The notes below the pieces were generated by a model, which searched no databases, was not told the DNA's origin, and saw only the letters and a program-made list of their open reading frames with translations. Below, in pieces: positions 1 to 12,200 of a DNA stretch of 64,000 nucleotides; position 1 is the first letter of the stretch; every line of letters starts with the position of its first letter. The position numbers and the translations under genes are program-made. Source of the stretch: Heteronotia binoei (Eukaryota). The stretch lies in the NCBI RefSeq assembly GCF_032191835.1, contig NC_083240.1, positions 29,326,001-29,390,000 of the forward strand. Direction: 5' to 3'.

Positions 1-42
1 CAAACCCCATAGTACTATAGATATCTTCCTCATCTCTTGCAG

Positions 43-98
43 CTGCCGCTTCCAGTCTAAAAGCAGAACTGGAGAGGATAAAAGCAGAAAAGGAACAG
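43..98 (+). CDS. RABEP1: RABEP1 internal exon
   Basis: ctcttgcAG|..|GTaaga; AASSLKAELERIKAEKEQ. Confidence 0.9.
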
Positions 99-3000
99 GT
101 AAGAATTTGATTTGGATGCCTTTAGGGCTGCGCAATGCGTTTCTGTCCACCAGGACTTTGGGCATTCCCAGGAACTGCATATCATGTGGCGAGGCCCTTA
201 GCCACGGAGCATCCCACAACCAAGAGAGTAAGAGGAAAGCTTGAAGAGCAGAGGTGAAAAGGAAAATCCCCTGCTGTTGTGGCTTCTAGTGGCCTCTGGC
301 AAAGAACTCTCAAAGTCACAGCCACTGAGAACTGCAGAATACAGCTGAATTTCCTTAGTAGGCTCAGTGTGTGTGTGTGTGTGTGTGTGTCTTGACAGAG
401 TAAGGACTCTTTCATAAGCTCAACTTTATATATGACTAATGCTTAGAGGGACAAGAGGAGTGTGAGACTGAGAAACAGTTACTGTTCTACCCCTGTCCTT
501 TTTCAGTAAAGCATATTTATGTTTAGAAAATCTTTCCATTGTGAAGAAACACTGAAAGCGGCTTATAGAAAGAAGCCCGCTTGAAATCCACCAGAGAAAG
601 GGCTTTCTCCGTTATGGCCCCTACATGGTGGAATCAGCTGCCGGAGGAGGTGAGGGTCCTGCGGGACCTTGTTCAGTTCCGCAGGGCCTGTAAGACGACC
701 CTCTTTCGGCTAGCCTACACCTAGCTAAGATGAGAACTCAATGTAGCTTGGCCAGACGTCTGTTCTATATGTAATTGGAATGTTTACTGGTTTTTAAGGT
801 TTTAACTGTTTTAAATGTTTAATTGTTTATATATTTAAAATTGTTTAATTTTTATGTTTGACCAATTTCTGGAAGCCGCCCTGAGCTACTTGTGGGAAGG
901 GCGGGATACAAATCATGAATAAATAAATAAAATAAAAAATAAATAGTGAGAGCGGATAACATCAAATAAAAACCTCCATCAGACAGTAGTATATATTGTG
1001 GTACCCATAAGGGATCAGAAAATCTGACCATCTAAGGACAACACAGTAAAATGGCTAAATTTGGTTGGCCTCAGTGTGAGACAGGATGCTGGACTAGAGG
1101 GACCATTGGTCTGATCCAGCAGAGCTCTTATGTTCTTAGGTCCCAGTCAATTCACGTGGGTGGGCGGGGGATCATCTTACAGGTATTTGAAGCCCAGATT
1201 GTTGAAGGCTTTAAAGGCTGAATTTGACCTGGAGGCAAATTAAAAGTCAGGGCAACTGATAAAGCACAGGAGTTTCACAGCAATGAGTGTGTGTTGTCAA
1301 GTCGCAGCTGACTTCTGATGACCCTGCAGAGTTTTCAAGGTGAGAAATGAACAGAGGTGGTTTTTCCCAGTGCCTGTGCAACAAGTCTGGACTTCCTCGG
1401 TGGTCTCCATCCAAGTACTAACCCTGGCCAACCCTGGCTTAGGTTCCAAGGTCTGACAAGCTAAGGCTAGCCCAGGTCATCAAGGTTGGGGCCTTCACTG
1501 CAATATGGTCCCGTCAAGATTCTAACCATGGTGCTGTGCGTGAGTTGAAGTTTCCAGACAGTCCTTCAAGGCAGCCCTACGCAGAGTGTGTTTCAGCAGT
1601 GGTCCCTCTAAGCTGAGTCAAGTGTGAGCTAGCTCAGTTTTTTAGCCTCCGGTTCACACATTTTTGTCTGAGCTCAGGAATTTATGCAGCAGCCAGATCA
1701 TTCACTCACAGCTTTAATGCCAGTAGCTCACGAAGTGGAATTTTTGCTCATAAGACTCCACAGCTTGGAAAGGGAGCACTGTGTTTCAGTTGTCTAATCT
1801 GGAAGTGACTAGAGCATGTATGGTGGTGCCCAGGTCTGCTGCTGAGGCCAGGGTTTTTTTTTTTTCAGACAGCCTTTCCTTCTAGTTTTAGGAGAGCAAA
1901 AAGAAAGGTTGGGGTATACAGAGTTAGTTGTGCAGTTTCTGAGCCCCTCTCAAACTCCCTGCTTCTGGCTTTCACAGCTGGAGACCACCTTGCAGGAAAA
2001 GATGCAACAATTGGAAAGCTTGCAAGAAAGGAGAAATCAACTTGAAGAGCAGTTGAAGAAGGAAATAGCCGCAAAGGTAAGCTATTAACGATGCCAAATG
2101 ATTCAGGGTGACAAAGTCTAATGCATTCCAGATGGTAAGGTGGATTCACTAAAGCAGTGCTTGTTGAAGCAAAAAATCGTGACTTTATGAATGTCCTGAT
2201 GAGAGTTCTGCAGTGGCTCTGGTTACCTGGGAAAAGAGATCCGCAGGTTATATCTCAATGAAAATGTTAATTTAATATGCTGAGGTAATTCAAGAGGGCA
2301 CAGAGTTCATGTTGGAATTATTTTGAGAGTGTGTGCTAAGGAGGGACATGATAGAGGTTTCTAAAACTGTGTAGAAAGACTGGATAGAGGTTTTTCTGGT
2401 AAAACGATACTGATTTCTGCACACTTTTTTGATAGAACTTGCTATTTATAAAATCTGTTTCTATGAGATCTGGTGATGTTCCCTGGCTCTGATGCCTTTG
2501 AGAGCGGGCAAGACAAAATTCAGGAGGTTATTCCTTTCGTTAGCCATGATCTCTAAATGGAACCTCTATATTCAGAAACAATGTATCTCTGAATACCAGT
2601 TTCTGTGAGGGTGTGCTGCAAATAAGGGGGAAGTTACTGTTTTCACACCCTGCTTATGGAGTTTCATGAAACATCAATCCAGCTACTGTTCAAAACAACT
2701 TGTGGATCTTGATGAACTCTTAGTCTCTTCTAGGCTGTGTGGCTCATATGCAGCTTTGTGACCACCGTATGTAGGGAGACACATGAAATAGTGTTGTGGA
2801 ACTGGAGAAATGGGTGAAGGCAAGGCTCGCGGCATTAACTAACAGTCAAACTGAGGTATAAAAATGTATTGAGAGAACTGAGAGAATTATCTCTACCCGT
2901 GTGGTCAGTTACTGACATTCTAACATGCTTTGACCATCAAAACCATGTTGCAGTGCAGGTGATGCATGATAAAAGTCTTTTTTGTTTTAAATCTAGGCCC

Positions 3001-5627
3001 ATCTGGAGCAGCTGATGTTTGAAGATAAGAACAAAGCTCAGCGGCTGCAGACAGAGCTGGATGTCAGCGAGCAAGTGCAGAGAGACTTTGTAAAGCTTTC
3101 TCAAACCCTTCAGGTAAGGGACCCGGCCAGTGAACTTACCAAGATCAGGGTAGCAGAGTGGGCCACACTACATCTAAGAAGAAGAGATTGGATGTATGCC
3201 CCACCCACCCTTCACTTGGGAGTCTCAGAGCAGCTTACAATCGCCTTCCCTCCCCCTAACAGACACCCTGTGAGGTAGGTGGAGCTGAGAGAGCTCTCTG
3301 AGGACTGCTGTTGAGAGAACAAGCTCTGCCAGAGTTATGACTGACCCAACAGCATGTGGAGGAGTGGGGGAATCAAACCCAGTTCTCTCAAAGAAGAGTC
3401 GGCACACTTAACCACTACACCAAACTGGCTCTAAGGCAGGGCTCTTGAGCACAGAGATGGCGGTGGATGCGTCAGTTTGGATTTTGTAGAATCATAGCAT
3501 GACATTGCAGTGGATTGATAGGAGCAGCTTTGCTTTGTTGTTGTACCTGCCCTTGACTGCTGCAAGGCTAGGGTGAAAGCAGCCCTTTTGATAGCAAAGC
3601 AGACAACAGAGCGAAATTAAAAAGCTGCCACCACACTTTTGGCTCCAGGCAATGTTTGAGAATATTTGGCTACGGTCTAGTAATTGTGTGGCAGTTGATA
3701 ATAGTCAAACAGTGTGGCAGCTTTAAGCCAAAGAATTGCTTTGTGCTCGGCTAGCCTTTCCCCACTTGCAGTATTCCTCTGGCTACCTGACACATTGCCT
3801 GATACACTGTTCTTTCCCCTTCATCCAATCTCTTGCTCTTGCCAGTGCATTCAGTTCCCCTGGTCTGCCTTTTGGCTTCACAACAGCTGTGTCTGTCAGT
3901 TTGGCCTTGGCTTTTTCAGCAAGCACAGGTCAGAGGTCTGCTTTGAAGTTACAGGCCATTTGGTCTTTGTAAGAGCTTGGGAAATGCAGGGCTGGGAGAA
4001 TCGGCACGCATAAGCAGCTTTTGTAGGTTCATCCACTAGCATTTCAATGAGTTAAAAATTCCTGTTTGAAGCATCACTTGAGATGCAGGATGGTGGTCCT
4101 GGGGCCTTCAGGTGGTAAAGACGGGTCTGCAGAAAACTGGTGTAGGGTTGATATATCCCCATTTGGATGTTTTTCATGCTAGTTGTCAAATATGAGAAAC
4201 CTGAGTCAATTCAGAGTTTACATTGAAGACATAAAACTTTTAGAGTAATGAAGTCTGCTTGTTAACGCGGTTCTGAATTGGCATTCAAGCCAGTGGAGAC
4301 CATTTCTATACACACATCAAGCTGTCGTCTACTGAATCAGACCCGTGGTCCATCAGAGTCAGTATTATCTGCTCAAACTGGCAGCAGCTCTCCAAGGGCG
4401 GAGGTCTTTCACATCACCCACTGCCTGCTTTTTCTACATGGAGATGCCAGGGATGGAACCTGGGGCCTTCTGCATATAAAGCAGAAGTTCTTCGGCTGAA
4501 CCACAGCCCCTTCCCTGATTTTTTTTTTAAAATACAAGAGATTAGGTCTTCTGTAGCAGTCCCTTGGAGCATTCTTTTTGCCCTGGCTTTGGGTTGCTAG
4601 ATGTCTTAGAAAACCCCTCTACTCCTGTGATCAGTGTGTGCCTGAGATGGCTTGAGTCGAGGTGATGGGGAAGAACCCAAGCTCCACACTCTTCGTTGCA
4701 TGACTCTGGGACACTCATGTTGCTCCGAGCTCCTTCAAGGAAAGGCAGAATAAAGAACTGAGCTGCTGAAAGCCACCCTGGTCCCCCAGACAGATACTTC
4801 TGAAGCAACCCAAACATACCGAATCAATATAACTTGCTCACTTCCATGGGTCCCCAGGATTTTCTCCCCCTTGTCCACTCCCTTCCACAGCCCTGGATAA
4901 AAATCCGATAGAAGTGTCTGCATTAACAGATAACGTTTAAATAAGTGTGCCAATTACCAAAAAGGGTTTTTGAAGATAATTTACGATTGATTAAATGAAA
5001 GCTGCCACTCGCTATCAAAAGAAAAGACCTTGAAAAATATGAACATATGAAGCTGCCTTATACCGAATCAGACCCTTGGTCCATCAAAGTCAGTATTGTC
5101 TTCTCAGACTGGCAGCGGCTCTCCAGGGTCTCAAGATGAGGTTTTTCACACCTATTTGCCTGGACCCTTTTTTGGAGATGCCGGGGATTGAACCTGGGAC
5201 CTTCTCCTTCCCAAGCAGATGCTCTACCACTGAGCCACCATCCCTCCCCAATAATAAAAAGGTGGTTTGTTAAAGTCAGCCCCACACATTTAAAATTTGC
5301 ATCTATTCAGTAAATTCCTCCCACGTAGTAACGTAATCAACTACAGCTTTATTTGATGGGCTTAGTGATTTTGTAAATCTGCAGACCAGCAGAAAACATC
5401 CTGTGGGCCTTCGAAGTCTCTCTGAAAGCCACAGCCCATTCCCAGCGCTTGTGAATGTAGTTCTGAAAGCCCTTCTGATGGGGCACATGCAGGCTGCCAC
5501 TCATCCCCCCCTTGTTTTCATTCAGGTGCAGTTGGAGCGGATCCGGCAAGCAGATTCCCTGGAGAGAATCCGAGCGATCCTCAATGACACAAAACTGACA
5601 GACATTAATCAACTTCCTGAAACATGA
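43..5627 (+). CDS. RABEP1: Rabaptin-5 (RAB GTPase-binding effector 1), 3' part; join(43..98,1978..2076,2997..3113,5526..5627)
   Basis: Four GT-AG exons in consistent phase translate to ...SSLKAELERIKAEKEQ/LETTLQEKMQQLESLQ.../AHLEQLMFEDKNKAQRLQTELDVSEQVQRDFVKLSQTLQ/VQLERIRQADSLERIRAILNDTKLTDINQLPET*, the recognisable rabaptin-5 C-terminal Rab5-binding coiled coil. Confidence 0.97.
367..390. repeat. (GT)12 microsatellite
   Basis: Perfect dinucleotide run. Confidence 0.95.
600..945 (+). mobile_element. L2-type LINE 3' end with (TAAA)n tail
   Basis: GCCCCTACATGGTGGAAT...GGCCTGTAAGACGACCCTCTT then gaagccgccctgagc...gggcgggatacaaat aataaataa. Confidence 0.6.
1285..1480 (-). mobile_element. 5S rRNA-derived SINE (5S head + RTE/Sauria-like tail)
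   Basis: Reverse strand contains GTTAGTACTTGGATGGAGACCACC (5S internal promoter region) then ...AAACCACCTCTG...CAGCTGCGACTTGAC; relatives at 28425-28615 (+), 54340-54440, 56000-56125, 56610-56750 (-). Confidence 0.7.
1597..1781 (+). mobile_element. hAT MITE family A (TIR CAGTGTTCCCTCTAAG)
   Basis: Exact 8-bp TSD tgtttcag; same family at 8785-8851, 16901-17312, 22229-22385, 29344-29537, 37784-37956, 38932-39125. Confidence 0.88.
1978..2076 (+). CDS. RABEP1: RABEP1 internal exon
   Basis: ttcacAG|..|GTaagc; 33 codons LETTLQEKMQQ...KKEIAAK. Confidence 0.93.
2997..3113 (+). CDS. RABEP1: RABEP1 penultimate exon
   Basis: atctAG|..|GTaagg; 39 codons AHLEQLMFEDKNK...LSQTLQ. Confidence 0.96.
3176..3430 (-). 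mobile_element. tRNA-head MIR/L2-tailed SINE (family B)
   Basis: Reverse of CCAGTTTGGTGTAGTGGTTAAG...GGTTTGATTCCCC...CCTCACAGGGTGTCTG...(TTC)n; same family at 46672-46943, 53834-54109, 60031-60276. Confidence 0.85.
5038..5249 (-). mobile_element. Young tRNA-derived SINE (Squam3-like)
   Basis: A box TGGCTCAGTGG, B box GGTTCAATCC, tail GCAGCTTCATATGTTCATA; near-identical to 16972-17187; older copies near 4410-4512, 11045-11195, 12355-12535, 24555-24650, 42245-42425, 42825-42900. Confidence 0.85.
5526..5627 (+). CDS. RABEP1: RABEP1 last coding exon
   Basis: ttttcattcAG|; VQLERIRQ...QLPET TGA. Confidence 0.96.
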   Translation: MQLERIRQADSLERIRAILNDTKLTDINQLPET

Positions 5628-8580
5628 CGCCCTCAGGAGCGGGGCTCTAAGGCTGCATTTTTTGGGTGTTTTTTTTTTTTAAAAAACCCTCATCTTTATA
5701 GCAAAACATTAATTATTATTTAACTCTAACTGAAAGAGTGGAAGAGGACATGGGGGAGCAGTGGCCCAGGCTTTGTTTCTGGAAGGGGAGAAGGTTTAGC
5801 GTGGGGAGCAAGAAATCGGTCAGAGAGAGAGATGTGCAGGACACTGGAGGGTATCAAAAAAGTCTGACCTCATTCAAAGCTAAGTAATACTCACCATATC
5901 TTTCCCCTTTCCTTAACCTAACACACTTCTCTTTCTCTCCTCTCCTTCCCCTGCCCAGTAAAGAAACATATTACTGTTACGGAAGTAGCTGCCGGAGACC
6001 GTGCTTCCCTCCGTCCCCTTAAAATATTTTTGAGCGAAGCCGTTGAAGTCTGCTCTCCTCTCTCCATCCCAGCTCACACCCCCCACCCCTACCCGTGACT
6101 GATCACACTGTATTTAGCTAGATGGCAAACAGGAAGAATGGGGTATACTGTGCTGTATAAATATTTTATATTAAAATATGGATTTATTTGCAGGACACTG
6201 GATCTAGGTTGGGTTCTGTAGCTCAGTGCTTGTTTTGTACCTGGTACATTGATGTGGTTGTTTGTTTGGAAGAGCTCAGTTGCCCTTGGAGACAGAATGA
6301 AGGAGAAGGGTGCAAATGACAAAAGGAACTTAATCCATAAAGAGAAACCAGCATTGGATCTGGGGAAACGTTTTCTTAAGAAGACCTGGGTTAGTTTGTT
6401 TGCTGTAAAACAGGAAATGCACATTTCAAACAAAATCATCCATCTTCGACAAGTGGTGCTTTCAGCCGGCGACTCGTGTTCTAGCTGAGCTGAGCCCTCT
6501 GGCCCTTTGCCCAAAGCACATTCCTCTTTCTAGTCACACCGGGGGTTGCATGTAAAGCATTTCCATTCACCCCAGCCTGAGTGGTACATTCTTGAGCCCA
6601 CAGGATTGTGTTCCAGTGAAAGCTGGTGACTCTGTACGGATTTTTTAAAATGAGACTTGTGTGAAAGAAAGGATGGGTGGGGCCTTGGTGCATGACCCAG
6701 GGCAGTGCTTGTTGCACTCCTATCCTCACAACTAGCTGAACAGCGGCCGTGCATTGCTGCTGGTGTGCTTTTTACAGAGGGAGCTGTGGCTGTGAAAACA
6801 TTGGCCTGCATGTTGCCCCCCCTACCCCCCACTTTCCGTTTTCCTGCCAACCCCAAACCCGGCCATGCATCCTTCACACTGATTTTCTGAAGACTGAGTC
6901 TAGTGGAGCGCATGGGGCCTCCCTTGTCAATCATGTTGAGGATCTTTGGATCCTTGCCCAAGCAACTGTTGAGCAAAATTCCATTTTGTACGTCTTATTA
7001 ATGTAAACAGGAGAGAATTCTCTTTGAACACTTGTGTTTGGCAAAGGGGCCTCGATTTAGCTGGATCTTCTTGGGCTTGGACATCTTTGGCTTTTCAACC
7101 GCAGAAGTTCTTTAGGTGTCCCCCCCACACACACTTTTTTTTTTGTAAGAGATTTTTTTCTGCATAGAACCTAGTATAATCCTCATAATTGCAAGCAGTC
7201 AGAACAGAATGAATTAGGATCAAATTGCTGGAATCCACCCTCTCTTTATAGCTGCTAGTGAAGGGGGGGGGGGGAGTATAGCAGTAACTATAAAACCAAA
7301 ATAACAAGGTGAGGAAATCTGTTAGTTGTGAAGAACACTTGGGTAGTTTGTTCACATTAAAGATCAGAAAACAGGTAACTTACTCTAACGCATTGCTTCC
7401 ACAAGGTTTTTTTTTAAACTCAATTACCTGGGGGGGGGGGGGGGTTCTGTAATGAATTTCCAGTTGTTGAAAGCCATTGGAAGCCAACTTCTGTCCTTAC
7501 ATCATATTCCTTTTGACGCTTCAGCGCTGCTAAATCGTTAAATTGATGGAGGAGCAAAGGGTGGGTGTAGAAACTCCCATGTGTCTCCTGTGAAGTGCCA
7601 GCAGCTTTATTTAACCACTTGGGGCTAAAACTAAGTTGATTGAGTCTGGTTAGTAGGGAACTGGCCATACAGAATAGAATGAGAGCAGACTACATCTTAT
7701 GAATACAGGAACGGCTGCGGTGGCACTGGGGACTCCAGTTACTGCTTAGTAGCTAAACTCTTATCCACTCTAACCTGAAACCCCAGGACTGAGAGGGGAA
7801 ATAGAGCAGCAAAGTTAGATTGAAAAGCATTTGGGGGTCTTACATTCTGGCAACAGAGCTTGATGACATAATAAATGCAGGAGTCTAGACTGGTTATAGA
7901 TATGCAGGCTGAAGAATATTCACAGCTATTCCAAAAGGGGAGTATTCTGCTTGGAGTATGATTAACTTTCAAAGTGAAACGTGGGCTTAAATTAATTATG
8001 GACTTGAGTCACATTTCCATTAAAAGACTTAATTTGTACCATCCAGCTTTACAGCTCCAGCAATTGACTGTAACTACCACAACGTAGAGTAAAAACACAG
8101 CAACCCTTCCTGATCAAGGACCACGGGCCTGTGTGCAAAATGTACTGGAGGGGAAAGCCTGCAAGTTTTAACTCTGTTCTATATACTTGTACAGTCGATA
8201 TGTGCAAAAAAAAAAAGAATCTTACAGCATGTCTGTGACCTTGTTATTGCTAACAGTTAACTGTACCCCTTCCTTTACTTCAGTGGTCTGCCTATATCTT
8301 CTTTCAAGAGGAGAAAGGGAACTCGCCTATCTAGTCCTGTTAGGGTTTGTTTGGGGGTTTTCCCTCCCGCAAAATAATAAAAATCAGCCTGTTACAGTCC
8401 AAACTGAACTGTTTGGAACCAATTCTGCATTCCGATGAACCAAGCTGCTGGTGTCCTGTGAAACTGTGGATGTAGAACTCTCCTGTCTACTGAATTCAAA
8501 AATGTAACCATTCGTTAACTGTATTGGAGGTGTATCCTTAAGAAAGTGTTCCAAATTAAAGGAGGAAAAAAGCTAACGAC
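5628..8580 (+). other. RABEP1: Probable long RABEP1 3' UTR
   Basis: Nearly repeat-free ~3 kb after the stop, ending at ATTAAA 8555-8560; the 3' end is inferred. Confidence 0.5.
8555..8560 (+). terminator. Candidate RABEP1 polyadenylation signal ATTAAA
   Basis: Variant hexamer at the end of the repeat-poor region. Confidence 0.4.
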
Positions 8581-9138
8581 AAGTATGCATCTTCTCCTTT
8601 ATGTTCTGCATCTTTGTCCTGTAGGAGACTTACACGTTTCTGTAAGGATCACAGATGGAGGGAGAGATTTTGCACAGAGGTGTTTCAGATCTTGTCTATC
8701 TGATCAGTTGTGCTATGTTAACACTGCAGCCCCATCTTCCTTGATGCATTTGGAAGCCGGGAGGGGGGGGGAGAGATGACTGAGCAATGCTCAAGAATTT
8801 CCACTCAAGAAATGTTTGCTCACAAGATTCCACAGCTTAGAGGGAACATTGCTCACACAAGAAAAAAAACCTTCGGGATGGAATGGTCCAGGTACCTACA
8901 TATTGGCTTTTAGAACCAGGCACACCCTTTGGTTTTCAGAGTATCTATGCTTTAGCGAAGGCTTATGTCAGCAACAGGGAGATGATGAGGGCCTGGCCAG
9001 GCAGCTCAGGTGCAAGGCCATAGACCCAAGCAAGGCTAATAGTCCAGAGAGAAGTTATGCCAAAACTGTATCCATCTTTTCCTGCCCAGAGAACACAGCG
9101 CCTCATCCTGAACTGTCCAAAGCACTTATCAAAAAATG

Positions 9139-9144
9139 TTTATT
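9139..9144 (-). terminator. NUP88 polyadenylation signal AATAAA
   Basis: tttatt on + strand, 70 nt after the NUP88 stop. Confidence 0.65.
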
Positions 9145-9213
9145 CAATGTGATTTTTTACAAAACACCTCAATACGTGAGGCAGCAAGACCAGTTATAAA
9201 TAAGAAAAGGTAG

Positions 9214-9277
9214 CTAGAAGTTGACGTGGTTTCGGATGTCATTGATCTGTTTCACCATCTCCCGTATGTGTTCTCCC
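9214..9277 (-). CDS. NUP88: NUP88 exon 17
   Basis: [23 protein letters not shown]. Confidence 0.96.
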
Positions 9278-12200
9278 CTGCAAAACAGAAGCCACGTTCA
9301 GCAAACAAGGCAAGAGAATCTTTTTCTTCTGCTCGGGTGTACTGCAAGTTTTGGAAGATTTGCCTCCCAGCCCAGATGTGGACAAAATGGAACCCCTCCC
9401 CAATATAAGCTTACTGGGGACTTCTATTGCTGCAGGAAATAAAGGGGAGAGCGCCCCAATTTTTCCTGCAGCTTCCACTCTCTGCTCAGCCCATCTGGTA
9501 ACAACCAGCATGCAGTGACATCACTCAAAGTCATGTCAGCCTTTGCTGTTTGGGGAGATGGCCTGGCCAAATTACAACCCATTAAGTACTCTGGCAAAAG
9601 ATGAGATGGCTGAACAGCATTACTGATGTCACTAACATGAATTTGAACAGACTGCGGAGGATGGTGGAAGACAGAAGGGCCTGGCATGACTTGGTCCATG
9701 GGGTTGCAAAGAGTCCGACTCAACAACAAGTATTCCAAAGCTCTGGAAGAAATGACTCTGTGTCTAACTTACTCCTCTTTCAAAACAGCCTGGATGCATT
9801 TCCGCTGGTAGGCACTGAGGCTGATACTGGGCTTCTGGGGGCTGGTTCCCTTCTCCATTTTCCTCTGCTGATAATCCTTCTTCATCTTAACCTAGAAAAC
9901 AAGAGGCAGGCACAAGAGCTAGACCTCCTCAGGGGCAGAACGTGAATTCGGTGCCCTGAATTCCACTGCCCACAGCCCTCGTCTTCAAGGCTATTCACTC
10001 ACCTGCTTGATAGCATTGCCTAAATGGCGCAGCTGCTCCTGGATGGTCTGCAGTTCCTTCTTCATGTCTTTCTCACTGTCTGACAGCACGGGCAGCTGGG
10101 AGTGGACACTACGGAGCACTTTCTTCATCCTGGGGCCATAAAGGGAGGGATGCTTGGGTAAGGCTATGCTGTGAAACCAGTGTTTGTCAACCATGTAGCC
10201 CAGCATTTAAAAGCACAATGTGTTCAGCCAGCAGATACAAAAAAATAGAAGTCTTGCTTCTGGTTGTTGCTAAGCTCTGCTCTCCATCACAGAATCACAG
10301 AGTTGGAAGAGGCCATACAGGCCATCTAGTCCAACCCCCTGCTCAATGCAGGATCAGCCTAGAGCATCCAGCCGCTTGTGTTTGTCCCGCCGCTGCTCAA
10401 AGACTGCCAGGGAGGGGGAGCTCACCACCTCCCTCGGTAGCTGATTCCACTACTGAAGAACTCTTACTGTAAAGAAAGTTTTTCCTGATATCTAGCCAGT
10501 ACCTTCCCACCCTTATTTTAAACCCATTCTTGTGAGTCCTCTCCTCTGTTGTCAAATCAATAGAAACAGTTCCCTGCCGGCCTCCTCTAAGTGACAGCCC
10601 TTCAGATACTTCAAAAGAGCCCCCTTCTCCATTAGTCCAGGTGGGACGGTACTCAAAAGTAAAACCAAATCCTCTGCAGTGTCACTGGCAATCGGCTGGA
10701 CGCAGAAATGTTGAGATCTAGGTCAATGGCCCACGGGTTTAGCTGCCTTTACCTGTCTACAATGTCTTCTTGCTTCTCTTTGGCTTCTTCATACTTCTCT
10801 GCTAAGCGCTCAGCCATTTCCCGCAAACTCTTCCTTTTAGGGGGAAAGAGGAAGTGCATTCAATAATTTTGGAACTTCCATCTTATGTGATTTAGGTCGG
10901 GCAAGGGGAAGACTAAAGAGCAAACTGTATCATAACCCCGGTAATTCATACATGCCCTTGTGGCATAAGTGCAACTGGAACTCTAGTTAAGTCATGCAGT
11001 TTGCGTTTATTCCACCTTCTGGAGGAACACTCTTTGAAACAGGAAAGTGCCCATCTGGGCCAGCATGGTCTATACTGACTAGCAGCAGTGCTCTCCAGGC
11101 TCTTTCAGAGGGGAATGTCCCAGACATCTACCCAAAATCCTTTAACTGAAGATGCCAGGGACTGACCCTGGGGCTGTCAGCATATAGAGCAGTTTATCTG
11201 TCATTGGGTTTCAGCCCCTTTCCTGGGACCACTGCTCTACTCATGCAGTGCAAACTCATTCTGCGGCGGTTCTTGCTGGAAAAAGGCATTGTATCAACTA
11301 ACCTTTCTTCTCGGCAATAGCCAAGATCTTCCAGCTGTTTCTTTTTCTGCTCGTGCAACAATTTGACTCTGAAAAGAAAAAGCCAGGTGGGCTGGTTAGA
11401 CTGAACGCAGCGCACATGCCTGCTACATCCTCCCCTCACTAGCAAGTGTTGCTATGAACTACTGAAACCTCAAGGAAAACAAGGTTACAACAAGGCTCCA
11501 GTCCACAGGGAGGAAGCTTCCACAAAACCATCCCCTAATTGTTCACCAACGAACAACAGAACTTTCTCTACTAACTGATTTGGGAGGGACTGTGGCTAGA
11601 GCCCTGGGCCAGCCAGGGAGGCTGCGTCCTTTCATGCCCCTCCTCAGATTTAATCCTATAACCTGAAACCAGTGAGCCTCTTCACAACACAGATTATTCT
11701 TGGCCAGGACATTTTTTGCTGGAGATTCTCAGTGCTTGTGTTTTTCATGTAAAGCCAGTGGATTAGAAAGCCAAAAGTTACCATCTCAGTGGTGAACAGG
11801 AGACCAAAAAACCCAGACTTGACTGCATTTAGGAGCAACTTTTGCTGTTGGGGTTTTTTTTTACCTCCGTTGGATCTCCTCTAAGGCCAGATCTTGTTTG
11901 AGAATATATTCTTTTCTAAACACTTGTGTTGCTCTGCTAACAAGCTGGAGGCATTCTTCAGGAGGTGGGGAAGTTTCTTTATCTGCAGCCCTTAAAGACA
12001 AATATAATAAGATCTTAGTACACACACGCACTCCAATAATTCACAAGCTACATGATGCTTTTTTCTGCCTCTTAGGATTCAACAACTGTTGTGGATGTGC
12101 AAACTGCAACTCATGCACGTTGGTGATCATTCAAACCACTGAGTTGCTGTTCATGAACAATCATTTTGCAATAAATATGTTGAATTATGCTGCCCAGTCT

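Noticed and set aside
5160-5249. tRNA-like sequences (also near 16976, 50905, 53834, 60031)
   Set aside because: tRNA-derived SINE heads followed by SINE body and tail, not tRNA genes
6089-7006. ORFs of 80-148 aa in the RABEP1 3' region
   Set aside because: No splice context or recognisable motifs; expected by chance in UTR
8681-8727. Alternative NUP88 last exon (ctgcAG|T GTT AAC ATA GCA CAA CTG ATC AGA TAG, in phase after exon 16)
   Set aside because: Poor polypyrimidine tract, lies beyond the NUP88 poly(A) signal, and the exon at 9214-9277 gives the canonical C-terminus
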